64,000 nt of DNA, from the NCBI RefSeq assembly GCF_009914755.1, contig NC_060948.1; one strand, written 5' to 3'. Made by a program: the position numbers and the translations under genes. Below are positions 31,020 to 45,790 of the stretch, one piece after another (position 1 is the stretch's first letter; every line of letters starts with the position of its first letter). The notes under the pieces are model-generated. The model saw only the letters and a list, made by a program, of their open reading frames with translations. It searched no databases and was not told the DNA's origin. The stretch comes from the human T2T-CHM13v2.0 reference genome, Homo sapiens.

Positions 31020-34000
31020 TCAGATCACATCACTCCTCTACTCAAAATCCTGCAATGGCACCTCATTTTGTGCATAGTAAATGACAAAGGCCTATGACGC
31101 TCTACATTCAGATGATCTGATTCTCTTTCCTGCTACTCTCACCTGTCATTTATTTCATGTGTCAGTACTTTCCCACCATATGGCCTTTGCTCTAGCTGTA
31201 ACCTCTTGCTAGAGGACCTCACTACACTACATCTGAAGAAATGTTCTTCCTTCAGATATCTTTGTGGCTAACTTCTTCTGCTTCTTTAAATCTCAACCTG
31301 TCAATAAGATATACTCAGACCCACTGTTTGTATTACAACCTGTACTTTCTCCATCCAATCCTCTTTATTCAATTCTCCTTTTTAGTTTTTTTTCCAAACT
31401 GCATCAGTGTCTAACATATTATATACTTTATTATGTTTGTTGTTTATTGTCTGCCTTTTCGTCTTACTCCCTGCTAGAATGTACACTTCAACAGGTCAGG
31501 ATTATTGTCTATACTGTTGACTAAAGGATTCCAAGAGCCTCGAACAATATCTGGCAAATATTGGACAAATACGTATTTGTTGAATGAATAAGTGAATGTT
31601 GATTTTTCATTTAGCATGGTCACAATACACATGCCCTATGTGTGCTATATATCTGTTAGATTAAGCTGGTTAATTATGTTGTTCAAATCCTTTATGTTCT
31701 TGAGTATTTTTGACTGTTTGATATACTGGTTTCTAAGAGAGGTGTGTTAAAATCTGCAACACTGACTGTGGATAGGCTATTTCTTGATAATTCTGTCGGT
31801 TTTGTTTTATATATTTTGAGAGTATATTTTCAGTATCTAGAGTCATTTTATATCATCTTCGTGGATTGTTACCTATTTATAAGCGAGACATATATTTCTG
31901 TCATTTGATGTTTTTAGGCAAAAACATGTTCATGTTTCAAATGATGTTCATGCTGCCACCTTTCACTAGGTGGTAATCAAGAGAAAATTTTTCCTGTCCT
32001 ATACTTGTATTTTTTTATCTTTCAGTGTTACTTTTAAAACAGCATATGGAAGGATAATCTATCTCTCTGGCTTTGTAGATTAATTTATATTATGATTACT
32101 TACATGTTTTATTTTGTATTTCCTATTTCCATGTTTTTCCTTTGCTTCTTTTTATCTTCTTTCCTGCCCTCTATTGAATGGAGTGATAGCATTTAAAATA
32201 TTACCTATCTTTTCTCTTTCCCCTACTGATTAAGGACTTGTACCTTCTATTTCTATATTTCTATTACTGTACTGGATACCCTTATATTTAACATACTTAT
32301 TTAAATATATATTTTTTAAAAGTCTATAACATTAATCTGTATCTTTTCTACTCAAAACAAGGACTTCAGCACACATTTACATCTTTAATACCATATTATT
32401 ATTGCTAAGATTTAGTTCTAGCTTTTGAAGCATATTAGCTTTATCTCATATTTTAACACTCTTTGCTTTTGTATTCCACTTCTTTCTGCATTTATTTTTG
32501 TCTTTGCTGAAGAACATCCTTTAGTTCTCTTGTCACCAAGAGTTTGTGAGTTGAAAACTTAGCTTTGTGTATCTGAAGATGCGTTTATTTTGCTCCCACT
32601 CTGTATATAAACCACTGTATGAAACTGTAAGCTCACAGTTATTTGTCTACAGCACTTTGAAGATACTAGTCAGTTTTCTGGTATCTACTGTTGCCAAAGC
32701 CTACTGCCAGTTTGACTACCATTCCATTATTCAGAATTTTTTGTTATACTTGTATTCAGAATTTCAGATTTTCTCTTTATCATTAATTTCCTATGATTTT
32801 ATTATCATGTATGTAGTTGTGGATTTATCTATCCTGTGTTACATGTGGCAGCATTTTCTATTTTGAAGACTCAGCTTCATTTCTGAAAAAATTCTTAGCT
32901 GCAGTTATTGTTATTATTATTGCCACTTTTTTATTCATTCTTTTTTCTCCTTTGTAACTCCTAGCAGATGTATGTTGGAGCTCCTCAGGTCATCTTTCAT
33001 GTCCATCTTTCTCTTTCATTTTCTTCTAACTCTCTCTAAACTGCATTCTGAAAGATTTTCTCAGTTCTTTTTCCTAATTCTCTAATTTTCTCTTAAGCTA
33101 TAGAAAGTATGTGCAGTCTAACTGTTCTTTTACTTCAATATTGTATTTTTACATTTCAATATAATATTTTTCACTTCAAGATGTCTAAATGCTTCTTTCT
33201 CACAGCTTTCTCTTCTTGTTTCATTATCTATTCTTCATTCTGTAAAATGTAATTTCTTCTGAACATATATTGATAATTTTAACTTATTTTTAAACTCTCA
33301 TCAGATTGTTCTTCTTTTCTCAGGTATAAATTCTCTAATTTGTTGGGTTCTCTTGACTGCTTTTTCATGATCTTAGGTTTTACTGGGTTCTTTGTAATGT
33401 TTTGGGGGCTCAATTTTTATGATAACTAAAAAATGTAAGTACCTGTATCTACAGGGCAGTTTTAAGTTGCCTCAGCTTAAATCTGATAATGTGCCAACCT
33501 TGAACCAGACCTTAAGTTGGTAGCTCTGGGCCTTCTTTCCTCCTAGGTAGCCCAGTTCTGAATTTTTAGCCCAAAAGTATTTTGGGTCCAAGTTCTATCT
33601 TGAGTGGTTTCCTGCGCTTGCTTGTGACTGCCAATTATTCTTTACTTCCGCTCAGGAACAAGCAGCATATTCCTGGCTGTGACACTGCTGGGATAAGTTA
33701 GATTAACCCAGCTCCTATTTGTATTGTGCTCTTGGGTCCTGGGTTCATGCACAGACAGGATCATTGCAAAAAAACCTGGTCCCAATTGCCCATATCCATT
33801 CATAGCACCCCCCGATCCCCTACCATCACAGTGGCTTTTCTATTACTGGCCAAAAGACACTTTCCTTTCTTATTTTTAAGAATAACTATGTATTTTTAAA
33901 AAACTTTAAAAATATTTATGCATAATTTCTCTGTTTTTGAATGAGAGGAATAAGATTCAGGAGTATTCACTCTGCCACCCTGACCTAGAAGTCCCAGAGT

Positions 34001-34389
34001 AGCTTTCACTTTTGAAATAACAGCAGTTCAATTTTCCTGACCTCACCAGTCTGTAAACATTAGCATATATACCCAAAGTGCAAACTTGAATAAGCTGTAG
34101 TAGAGACAAATTTCCATTATTTGGAATTTGTTTACATTGAAATAAATAATAGATGTACTAGGAAATCAGAAATGGAAGGAAGATGACTTTTAAAAGGTTA
34201 AGAAACTTGGGACAGCAGCAGACTTTACTGTAAAGCTTATGTACAAACTCCATCACTGCTTCCCATAAATGGAATCAGACTGAGCAAAGAAGAGGGTACT
34301 TTCCACAGCACCAGGAAGAGCCACTGCAGCCAGCAGAGTCCTGTAATAAGTACCAACCTGCACTCCTGCACCTGGAAGACAGCCATCAG

Positions 34390-34560
34390 CTTAGTGGAAA
34401 GAATGCTGGACTGGGAATTCAGAAATGTTCTAGTTCATTTTCTACCACTTAGTCATTGTACAGCTTAGGCTAAGCCAGGCTCTCTTTTGGGCCCCAGGTT
34501 TTCCATCTGTAAAATAAGAGAGTTGGGCTAGAACAACTTCTGATGTACCTTCCAGAAATA
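34390..34560 (+). mobile_element. MIR/MIR3 SINE
   Basis: tagtggaaagaatgctggactggg...tttccatctgtaaaataagagagttgg. Confidence 0.65.
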
Positions 34561-35148
34561 ATTTTCTATGACCTTAACAGTTTGGTACTTTATAAGTAGG
34601 TTGAGTCCTCCATTCTTCAGCTTGCTCAGTAATAATCTGCCAGGTAAAAGAAGAAAATCATGTGTTTCTGAAATCAGTTTTCAAATCAAATGAAAGAATC
34701 ACTAGATGCATATTTTTGTTTGATCACCACTCTACAAAGGAACAGCCTGGTAGCTGGGTGAAGTTTCTGTGTGGGTGTACACACAATCTAAATTTTAAAT
34801 AGAAAAAGCAAACCAACCCAGACCAAAACAAAAACCCTCCATACAAGTCCCAGACACAACAAATGGTAAGAGTTCTTTTCTACAAACATGTCTGTTTCTA
34901 AGAGCTGAGAAGACCAAAAAAGAAAAAAATGTATCAAAATGACCAGATATAAGTGTAGATAAAGAAAAAACTAAGGAGCATGCAGCAAAGTTACAGGATA
35001 TGAGAGATTTGACTCTGCACACTGCAAAGTCTGTACAATTAGAAATTTCATGCTAACAGAAATGTAGGGAAGACAATGAGAAAAGAAAGGATAAAATTGG
35101 AGTTCCACTAGATGGAAGTTAAGAGTGGATTAAGAATTTTTAAATTGA

Positions 35149-35457
35149 GGCCAGGCACAGTGGTTCACGCCTGTAATCCCAGCACTTTGGGAGGCAGAGG
35201 CGGGCGGATCACTTGAGGCCAGGAGCTTGAGATCAGCCTGGCCAACAGAGCAAAACCCCATCTTTACTAAAAATACAGAAAAAAAAATTTAGCTGGGTGT
35301 AGTGGTGAACACCTATACTCCCAGCTACTCAGGAGGTGGAGGCATGAGAATCGCTTGAACTCTAGAGGCGGAGACTGAAGTGAGCCAAGATCATAGAACT
35401 GCACTCCAGCCTGGGTGACAGAGTGAGACCCTGTCTCAAAAGAAAAAGAAAAAAAAA
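35149..35457 (+). mobile_element. AluS
   Basis: Dimer with A-rich tail. Confidence 0.92.
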
Positions 35458-36781
35458 TTTAAAATTGGGTTGAAGTGGCAAGGAAAACTCAAGATTAAAT
35501 CTCAGAGCTTTCTAGAGCCTTGACTATCAACCACAATAAAAATTTATATGAATTGTTTAATTTCACCACAATGCAGTAAAAAACCAAACTGATTCAGATT
35601 TTATAGGTCTGAAGGATGGAAAGTTGGCACACAACTAGCCATAATCCCGAGTCTTCAAATAACATACTAAAGACATACTGTTTTCAAAAAAAACAACAAA
35701 AAGCATCTTATCATCTACATTGCTATTTGTGAGGCACAGTGTATTGCATCGACACTGCTACGTATGTATAGACAGACTATATTAAGGGTGAGTGTCCAGC
35801 AGATTTCTATCCACTATTGCATACTTCCACCACAGCTGAAATAGCCAATCAGTCAAAAGAGAGGGATAAAGTTCTCTGACAAAATTCCCACTCAGTTCAC
35901 GAAATAGCCACTGAGCAGTCTTCACTTTCATGCAAACTTTTTGTAAGTGTGTTACTAAAGCATCAAGGGGGGAAAAATTACACAAATAACAAGGCCTCAT
36001 TAAAGAGAATTTGGGAAATAAAGAAAAGCAGAAAAAAAGTCACGCTTAGTCTCATCACAGAAATACAGCCACTGCTAACACTTTGCTCACTTTCTCCCTG
36101 GTCTCTTTACCTGGGCCTGCTACATCCTTATGGTTGTAATCATATGATATATACAATTGTGTATCTAGTTCATTTAGTAATACTATACTGTAAGCATTTA
36201 TCCAAGTTATTATACTATCTTTGTAACTCACTTTTAAATGGCTGCCTTATAATCCACTCTATTTTAAGGAAACACCCCTAAATGTTGGTGGGGAATGGTA
36301 AAGCAAACTATGATTCACAGTGTTCCATTAGACGGATAAATCATAGTTTACTTAACTGCTGCGAGAATACTGCACAGTAGGCTGTTTCCAATATTTCCGC
36401 TATTATAAATAGCTAAACCAGCTAAATCTGTTTTGTTCAATAGTGCCTAATAGCCTTCCATATAGTAGGTACTCAAGTATTTGTAGAATGAATATTTACA
36501 GGGCTGCCTATATAGAACATACCTTTTGATAACAATTTTTGTGCATAAAATCCCCCTCCTTCCCATATTTAGAACTGTTTCCCAGAGATACATTTTCATA
36601 GGGTGCTATTCTGGGTCAATTTTGGACTTTTGTCAATCTAGCCATTTGCTCCTCAGAAAATAATGACTAATTTGCATTCCCAACAGTAAAATATGGGAAG
36701 GCCCGTTTCACCACATTCTTAGCTAAATTGGGCATTATCTTTTCAAAGTCTTTGCCTATCATGATTGCTAAAAAAATATTA

Positions 36782-37157
<376 letters not shown>

Positions 37158-38519
37158 CTATTTTGAAATAGCTTTCTAATAATCACAATCTAAATCTACT
37201 TTATTCCTGAAAGGTCAGTTGTGGGTTGCAGTAACAACAAAAGCCCCAATATTTTTAGGAAATAAATTCTGGAAGGAACTTAAGGAACTAACGTAAATAC
37301 ATTGCTGAGAACAGTTTATTCACAGAGCAAGTCTGGAACACTGTAATGTGCTTTTACTAATGGTAAAGTTGGAGGCTAGAGTTCTCAGTTCCTCATTCTT
37401 TCTTCATATTTATCTGTTATATAGTTTTGTTTTTTTTGTGATATTTGTCTGTGGGTGCTGCTGTAATTTGCGAGGGGAGAGCTGGGAGGAAAAGATTCCT
37501 TTAATACTTCTTCTAAAACTTTTCTTTTAGGAAATCATTCTAGATTAACCCAGAAACTCTTAAGAGCTGTTTTCCACAACTGTACTCTGTAAAAACTTCT
37601 TTAGCCCAGATAATCTTGGGGTGACTTAGCAGAACTTTGTTAACCCTGAATTAGACTTTCTCTCTGAAAATATTTTGTAAACAAGTAAGCTAGACACAGA
37701 AAAGGCAGAAGCATATTCAGAGAAAAAATGTAGGTCTGGGCAACATTACCAGTAATGAGAACCTGATGAAAACTGACAATCACACCTCACTAACTAATCC
37801 AATAACTAGCTCTTTTCATAACTGTCAGCATAACATGTGGAAAATGCTCCTCTGCAGCAGAAGTATAATTGCCTTTCATTCCTTCGAGATGCTCTTGCAG
37901 GAGTAGGCAAGAATGTTGATCTGCCATCTATTCTTAACAAGGAGAGAAAGCAGAAATGTGGACTAAGGATTGTTAGGGGAAAGCAATTTAGATGGAATCA
38001 GGTACTACAATGTGCCAAATGATATGATGATTAGATCTGTTTGAACCCTGTTTAAGCCTTTATGAGGATTTTTTTTTAATGGCAAACTATCTTGGAGCTC
38101 TGCCCACAAGGCAAATGGCTACTAACCAAAGACTATTTATTTGCAGAAAATCCATCAAAGTCGTTACATGCAGATGAGTCACAAAGAGAAGATATCATCC
38201 TTTCATGATCCCCAGCCCCACTTCACCAAACTGCTCTCACAAGTCAGCAACATCTCCTTACTGGCAAACCTATGATGGCTCTCAAACTACTGGATGTGAT
38301 TACAGAGGACTATTGGTAGCTATAATTTATCTTTCCAACCCTTTATCTCTTTCTCTTCTTTTGATAACAGAATCCGTATTTCCTGTGGGGAATCTATTCC
38401 ACTTAGCTGACCCTCTCCTAACCCTACCCCTATAACAAGTGGTAGCTGCTGCTCTTGTTTCTTCTTCATCACTATGACCAGCACTACCACTATTGTTATC
38501 ATTATGATCATCATGGCGG

Positions 38520-38730
38520 CTAAGATTTATTGATAATTTACTATGTGCCAGACACTGTTCTGTCCACTTTATATGTATTATCTCATTTAAAGAAATGACC
38601 TATGTGATAAGTACTATGATTTCTCTCATTTTAAAGTTGAGGAAACTGAGACACAGGGAGTATATAATTTGGCAAGGTTACACAGTAAGTAGCAGAGGAG
38701 GGACTTGAATTAAACTTGGTTTCAGGGTTC
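38520..38730 (-). mobile_element. MIR SINE
   Basis: tactatgtgccagacactgttc...gaggaaactgagacacaggg. Confidence 0.75.
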
Positions 38731-38840
38731 AGGCTTCACTGCCTCTCTCGCTAAATCTCATCTAATTTCTGGCTATAGAAATTGGTTCAGGGAAGTTCAT
38801 CTGATGCAGGAAAGGTCAATCGGATATACCAACACTACGA

Positions 38841-39148
38841 GGCCAGGTGTCGTGGTGCACACCTGTAATCCCAACATTTTGGAAGGCCAAGGTGGGAGGA
38901 CAACATAAGCCCAGGAGTTTGAGACCAGCCTAGGCAACACAGTGAGACTCCATCTCTACAAAAAATAAAAAGAATTAGCTGAGCATGGTGGCACACATCT
39001 ATCGTCTCAGCTACTTGGGAGGCTGATCACTTGAGCCTAGGAGGTAGAGGCTGCAGTGACCCGTGATCACACTATGGACTCCAGCCTGAGTAACAGAGCA
39101 AGATCCTGTCTGCAAAAACCAAAACCAAAACCAAAACCAAAAAAAAAA
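38841..39148 (+). mobile_element. AluJ
   Basis: Dimer; (caaaac)n tail. Confidence 0.88.
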
Positions 39149-39383
39149 GGTATATGGACACTAGGATAGAGAAGGTCTTTCTTCCTCTGAAGCCTATGCA
39201 AAGAAGGCAGCAGGGATCTGATAAGTTTCAGCTTCCTAGATTTAGCTATGCCTGAAGCTAGGCCAGGCTAAATATGCAGATTTTCTAGCTACATAAGCCT
39301 ATATGCTTGAGCTATAAGAAGTTAAGTTTCTGTCACACTGAGTCTTTGAAAGTTTTCATTCCCTTGTTTGGTTGAATACTACT

Positions 39384-40748
39384 CTTTTTTTAAAAAACAA
39401 ACACTTTTATTTTAGGTTCTGGAGTACATGTGAAGGTTTGTTATATAGGTAAACTTGTGTCACAGGGGTTTGTTGCATAGATTAATCACCCATGTATTAT
39501 GCCTAGTACCCAATAGTGATCTTTTCTGCTCCTCTCCCTCCTCCTACCCTCCACCCTGAAGTAGACCCCAGTGTCTGTTGTTTCCTTCTTTGTGTTCATA
39601 AGTTCTCATCACTTAGCTTCCATTTATAAGTGACAACATGTGGTATTTGGTTTTCTGTTCCTGCATTAGTTTGCTAAGGATAATGGCTTCCAGATCCATC
39701 CTTGTTCCCACAAAAGACATGATCTCACTCTTTTTTATGGCTGCATAGTATTCTAAGGTGTATATGTACCATATTTTCTTTATCCAGTCTGTCACTGATG
39801 GGCATTTAGGTTGACTCTATGTCTTTGCTATTGTGAATAGTGCTACAATGAACATTCACATGCATGTGTCTTTAGGGTAGAATGATTTATATTCCTTTGA
39901 GTATATACCCAGCACATAGACCAATGGAATAGAATAGAGAGCCCTGAAATAAGGTTGCACACCTACAACCATCTGATCTTTGACAAAGCTGACAAAAACA
40001 AGCAATGGGGAAAAGACTTCCTATTCAGTAAATGGTGCTGGGATAACTGTCTAGCCATATGCAAAAGACTGAAGCTAGCCACCTTCCTTGCACCATATAC
40101 AAAAATCAACTCAGGATGGATTAAAGACTTAAATGTAAACCCCAAACTATAAAAACCCTGGAGACAACCTAGGCAATACCATCCTGGACATAGAAATGGG
40201 CAAAGATTTCATGACAAGGACACCAAACGCAATCGCAAAAAAAGCAAAAACTGACTAGTAGGATCTAATTGAACTTACGGGCTTCTGCACAGCAAAAGAA
40301 ACTATCAACAGAGTACAGACAACCTACAGAATAGGAGAAAATATTTGCAAACTATGCATCTGACAAAGGTCTAATATCTAGCATCTATAAGAAACTTAAA
40401 TTTACAAGAGAAAAACAAAACCCAATTAAAAATGGGCAAAGGACAGGAACAGAGACTTTTCAAAAGAAGACATACATGCAGTCAACAAGCATATGAAAAA
40501 AAAGCTCAATATCGCTGATCATTAGAGAAATGCAAATCAAAACCACAATGAGATACCATCTCACACCAGTCAGAATGGCTATTAGTAAAAAGCAAAAAAA
40601 AAAAAAAAACAAAAAAACAAAACAAAACAAAACAAAAACCAGATGCTGGCAAGGTTGCAGAAAAAAGGAAATGCTTATACACTATTGGTGGGAGTATTCA
40701 CTGTGTAAAGCAGTGCTGGCAATTCCTCAAAGAGCTAAAAGCAGAACT
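39384..40748 (-). mobile_element. L1PA15/16-like element with 5' inversion (3' part minus 39384-39912; inverted part plus 39913-40748)
   Basis: Antisense L1 3'UTR switches at 39912/39913 to sense ORF2 sequence ([20 protein letters not shown]). Confidence 0.88.
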
Positions 40749-41362
40749 CTCCTTTCCAGGCTCTTTTCCTTCTTCTCTGACCATTTCCCTGCAGATCTCT
40801 TCCATAGGTACCTCTCCCCTTCTGCCATCTCAAACAGTGGTGTGCCCTGGCTCTGTTCTAAACTGTGTACTCTTTTCATAGCAGTGGCCCTCCTTAGCAC
40901 CCCACAATCATTCTGATAATTGGCCTTCCCTGGGGAACATGTTCCTTTTGCTTGCCCTTGCTTCAGAATCATTGAGACATTGAACCACAGTTACACAGTG
41001 AGTACCTCATATCCATCAGAATGCTGGGGAAGAAAAGAAGTTGGGAATCACTGTTCTAAAAGTTAATCTTGGGAAATGTATTTTTCATAGCTTAAAACTA
41101 TTATCAGCAACCTGATACCTTCCAACTCTTTATCTCTAGCCCTGGAACTTCCCTATACTTCATACCCATGTATCTAATTGCCTATAGGACATTTACTTTC
41201 TTATGTCTGATAGGTACCTTGAACTCAGCATGTCCAAAAGCAAAATCATTATCTTCATCCCCAAACATATTCTTCCTCCTGAATTCTCAATCCTATTAAT
41301 GGCATATTATCTATGCAGTCATCATAATAAAAAATGAATATCATGCATTGCATTGTTCTCTA

Positions 41363-41771
<409 letters not shown>

Positions 41772-42039
41772 TTAAAGATAAATTCACAGTGCTAGGGGAA
41801 ACCTAGTCTGGTCCAGGGAGGGGGTCAAAGGAAGGCTTCTTAGGGGAGGTGGTGCTTAACCTAAAACATGAATATGTTTTTAAAAAGTGGAGTAGGCAGA
41901 GGAAGAGGCAGTAAAGTAAGAGGAAGAGAATTCTAAAGAATGAAAATAACATGTATGAAAGCTCAAAGATGGGAGGAGGGGAGACTGATGAAATACTACC
42001 ATATGAGCTGCCTTTATTTATTTAAAAATTTACCAAATG

Positions 42040-42235
42040 TAGGCACTGTGCTAAACCCTTTATATACATTATTACTGCTGTTCCTTATATCAAGCCTATA
42101 AAACAAGGATAATAGTCTCATTTTTACAGATTAAAGAACTTTCAGAGCTCAGAGAGGTTAAATTACTTTTCCAAGACCACCCAGCTAATAAGAGACGCAA
42201 CAAGCTTTGAACCTAGGTCTTCTGGCTCCAAAGCC
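42040..42235 (-). mobile_element. MIR SINE
   Basis: aggcactgtgctaaac...tttttacaga...gctcagagaggttaa. Confidence 0.7.
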
Positions 42236-42790
42236 AATTCCATGCATCTTCCCAAATACCTTGGGACTGATCTTTATGCTTTTATCATCCACATCTAGTA
42301 AAACATCAAATTCTGCTGAGTTTTCATATTTCTTACCTTGTTCCATTCTCTCCATACCTACCATTAGAAACTCAGCACATTATCTTTCACCTGGACCCTA
42401 GGCTCTAATTGCTTTCTAGGTATAAAGGGGTATGTGTGTATGTATCACAATAAGTCAGATCGGCATGATCTCACTTTCACAACAAGAGATTCAACAAGTG
42501 TCTGTATATGTATCACGGAAGAAATATTCCTGCTCTTTTCTAAGGCTAGCCCTGGAATATCCTAGAGCCTAGTCAAGTGACTTCTTTTCTGCTTTAATTA
42601 TGCTTTTTGGTGATCTCACCCAGTCTTCTGACTCAAAATATCAGCACTAAAGCAATGACTTCTACATCTGTATTTCTCCAGCTTTAATGTCTCCCATAAA
42701 GTCCAAATTCCTAGTTGACAATTGTCTACTTGACATCTCAACTTGGATGTCTAATAGAAATATCCCTCGCCCTATTAAAATGTGAGTATT

Positions 42791-43883
<1,093 letters not shown>

Positions 43884-45564
43884 TAAAATGTGAGTATTAT
43901 GAAGTCAGGAATTTTGTCTACCTTGTATATTTTTGCATCCCTAATGCATAGTGCCTGACACATAGTGGCTCATCAATAAATATATGTTGACTGAATAAAC
44001 ACATGCTGCATGAGAGCAAAAGACATCCCAAATGGGACTCGATTGTCCTAGAGGGTCTTTGAGAATTTGGTACTCTAGGTTAAATGTGTATTTCGGGAGG
44101 ACAGAAAGGAGTAGTGGTTGGCTCTAAGCTCCTTTAGTGTGCTACAGTTAATCCTACTCTTTAATGATTGACCTACCTGGGATGTTAGCAATCCCTAAAC
44201 ATTATACCTCTAGGAACACTATCCATCAGACTTGCCTGTTAAGAATCACTTTGGAAGACCTTTACAATATAGATTTTCAGGACTTCCACCTGCTACCACC
44301 ATGTCACCTCCGTATCCAGAATCTCAAGGGGAGAGGTCTAAAAATCTACATTGTAAACAAATAACCCCAGTGATTGCTATTGACAAGTTTGAAGGAGACT
44401 ACTATAGAAGCTTTACCCATTAGGTTATTATAGTTGAAAATGGCTCAGCTTGCTCGATATCAGTATCTACACACGCCCTTAGCTCTAAGTCAAGAACTCC
44501 AGAAATGATACATAAACTGCCCAAATAATATTTCGTTAGTTTTAGTCCAAAGTACTAGAGGTCACCAGTGATCTAAGAGAAGCCTTCTCATACAACATGT
44601 CATATATGGAGTTTTCTAAATGTATATATTCTATGAAGGCACATCTGTGTGAACATTTATTCTCAAGAAAGGATCTGATTTTGTTTATTTGGCACAAAAT
44701 TAATTATGCCATCCCATGCTCAATTCCCACACCTTATATGAGTCTTTACTGTGACATATTAATGTCAGTTTTCATCACTTTTTTCCTTAAAATTGTTGAA
44801 GAATCAGGATTTCAGCTTCTCTTCCCCCAAATCCATCCCTCCTAACTATCATTTCAAGCAAGCACAGGGTCATCACTTTGAAGATTTCTGTCATCCCCTC
44901 CACAAATCCCCAAAATGTTTTTCCTCCACATATTCAGTAGACTAAGCGCTGACAAGGCAAAAAGACTAGTAAATTCCATAATCTACTCCTAATTAAGGAA
45001 TTCAAATGACAACAAACAATTAAAGTGAATGACAGCAACTAACAGTCTTCTGACAGGCACTGTTACAAGAACCTGTGAGCCTTAAAGGCAAACTTACTTA
45101 TGGTCATAGTCTACAAAAGCTGAATTTCAAGTATTAAGTGATTACATATTCCCAATTATAATCTTAGCTAACCTCAAAGACTGGTCCTTGGGAAGTAAAA
45201 AGGAATAGGATCAGATGAGAAAAACAGATAGGGACATGCTAGGAGAACCATTTCAGGCTTTCTCCTCAAAAGGTAATGAACTAAAACATAACAGAGAGAC
45301 TATATTTAAAATGACATGGAAGCAACTCCCCCTCTCTCCTTCACTTTCTCATTCAGGAAGTTTTACAGTTTGCTTCATTAATGCTGCCCCAAACAACATT
45401 TATCCCTCTAAACACATGATGTTCCCCAACAAACTGTTGCTGATAACAAAGAATCAGGGGAATTGGCACAATGCTGAGTTATCAGAGAAGTGCTTGGATG
45501 AGAGAAAATGACATTTGGAGTTATGTTGACATTAGCAAATACCTTCTGTATCAGTAACCTAGAG

Positions 45565-45790
45565 CAGAGGCCAGCAAACTGCAGCGTGGCCTGCAGACCA
45601 AATCCAGTCCACCGGCCTGCTTTTGTAAATAAAGTTTTATTGGAACATAGTCACTCCCATTTAGTTACATATTGTCTATGGCTGCTTTCCCATTACAACA
45701 GTGGAGTTCAGTCATTGCAACAGATTACGTGGCCAGCAAAGTGGAAAATATTTACTATCAGGCCCTTTTCATAAAAAGTTTGCTGACCTA
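45565..45790 (+). mobile_element. MER58A (hAT-Charlie) element
   Basis: ttttgtaaataaagttttattggaac...aaaatatttactatc...aaaagtttgctgaccc. Confidence 0.85.

Noticed and set aside
35782-36000. 72-aa minus-strand ORF as an extra exon
   Set aside because: No recognisable homology and it ends in a stop without a donor.
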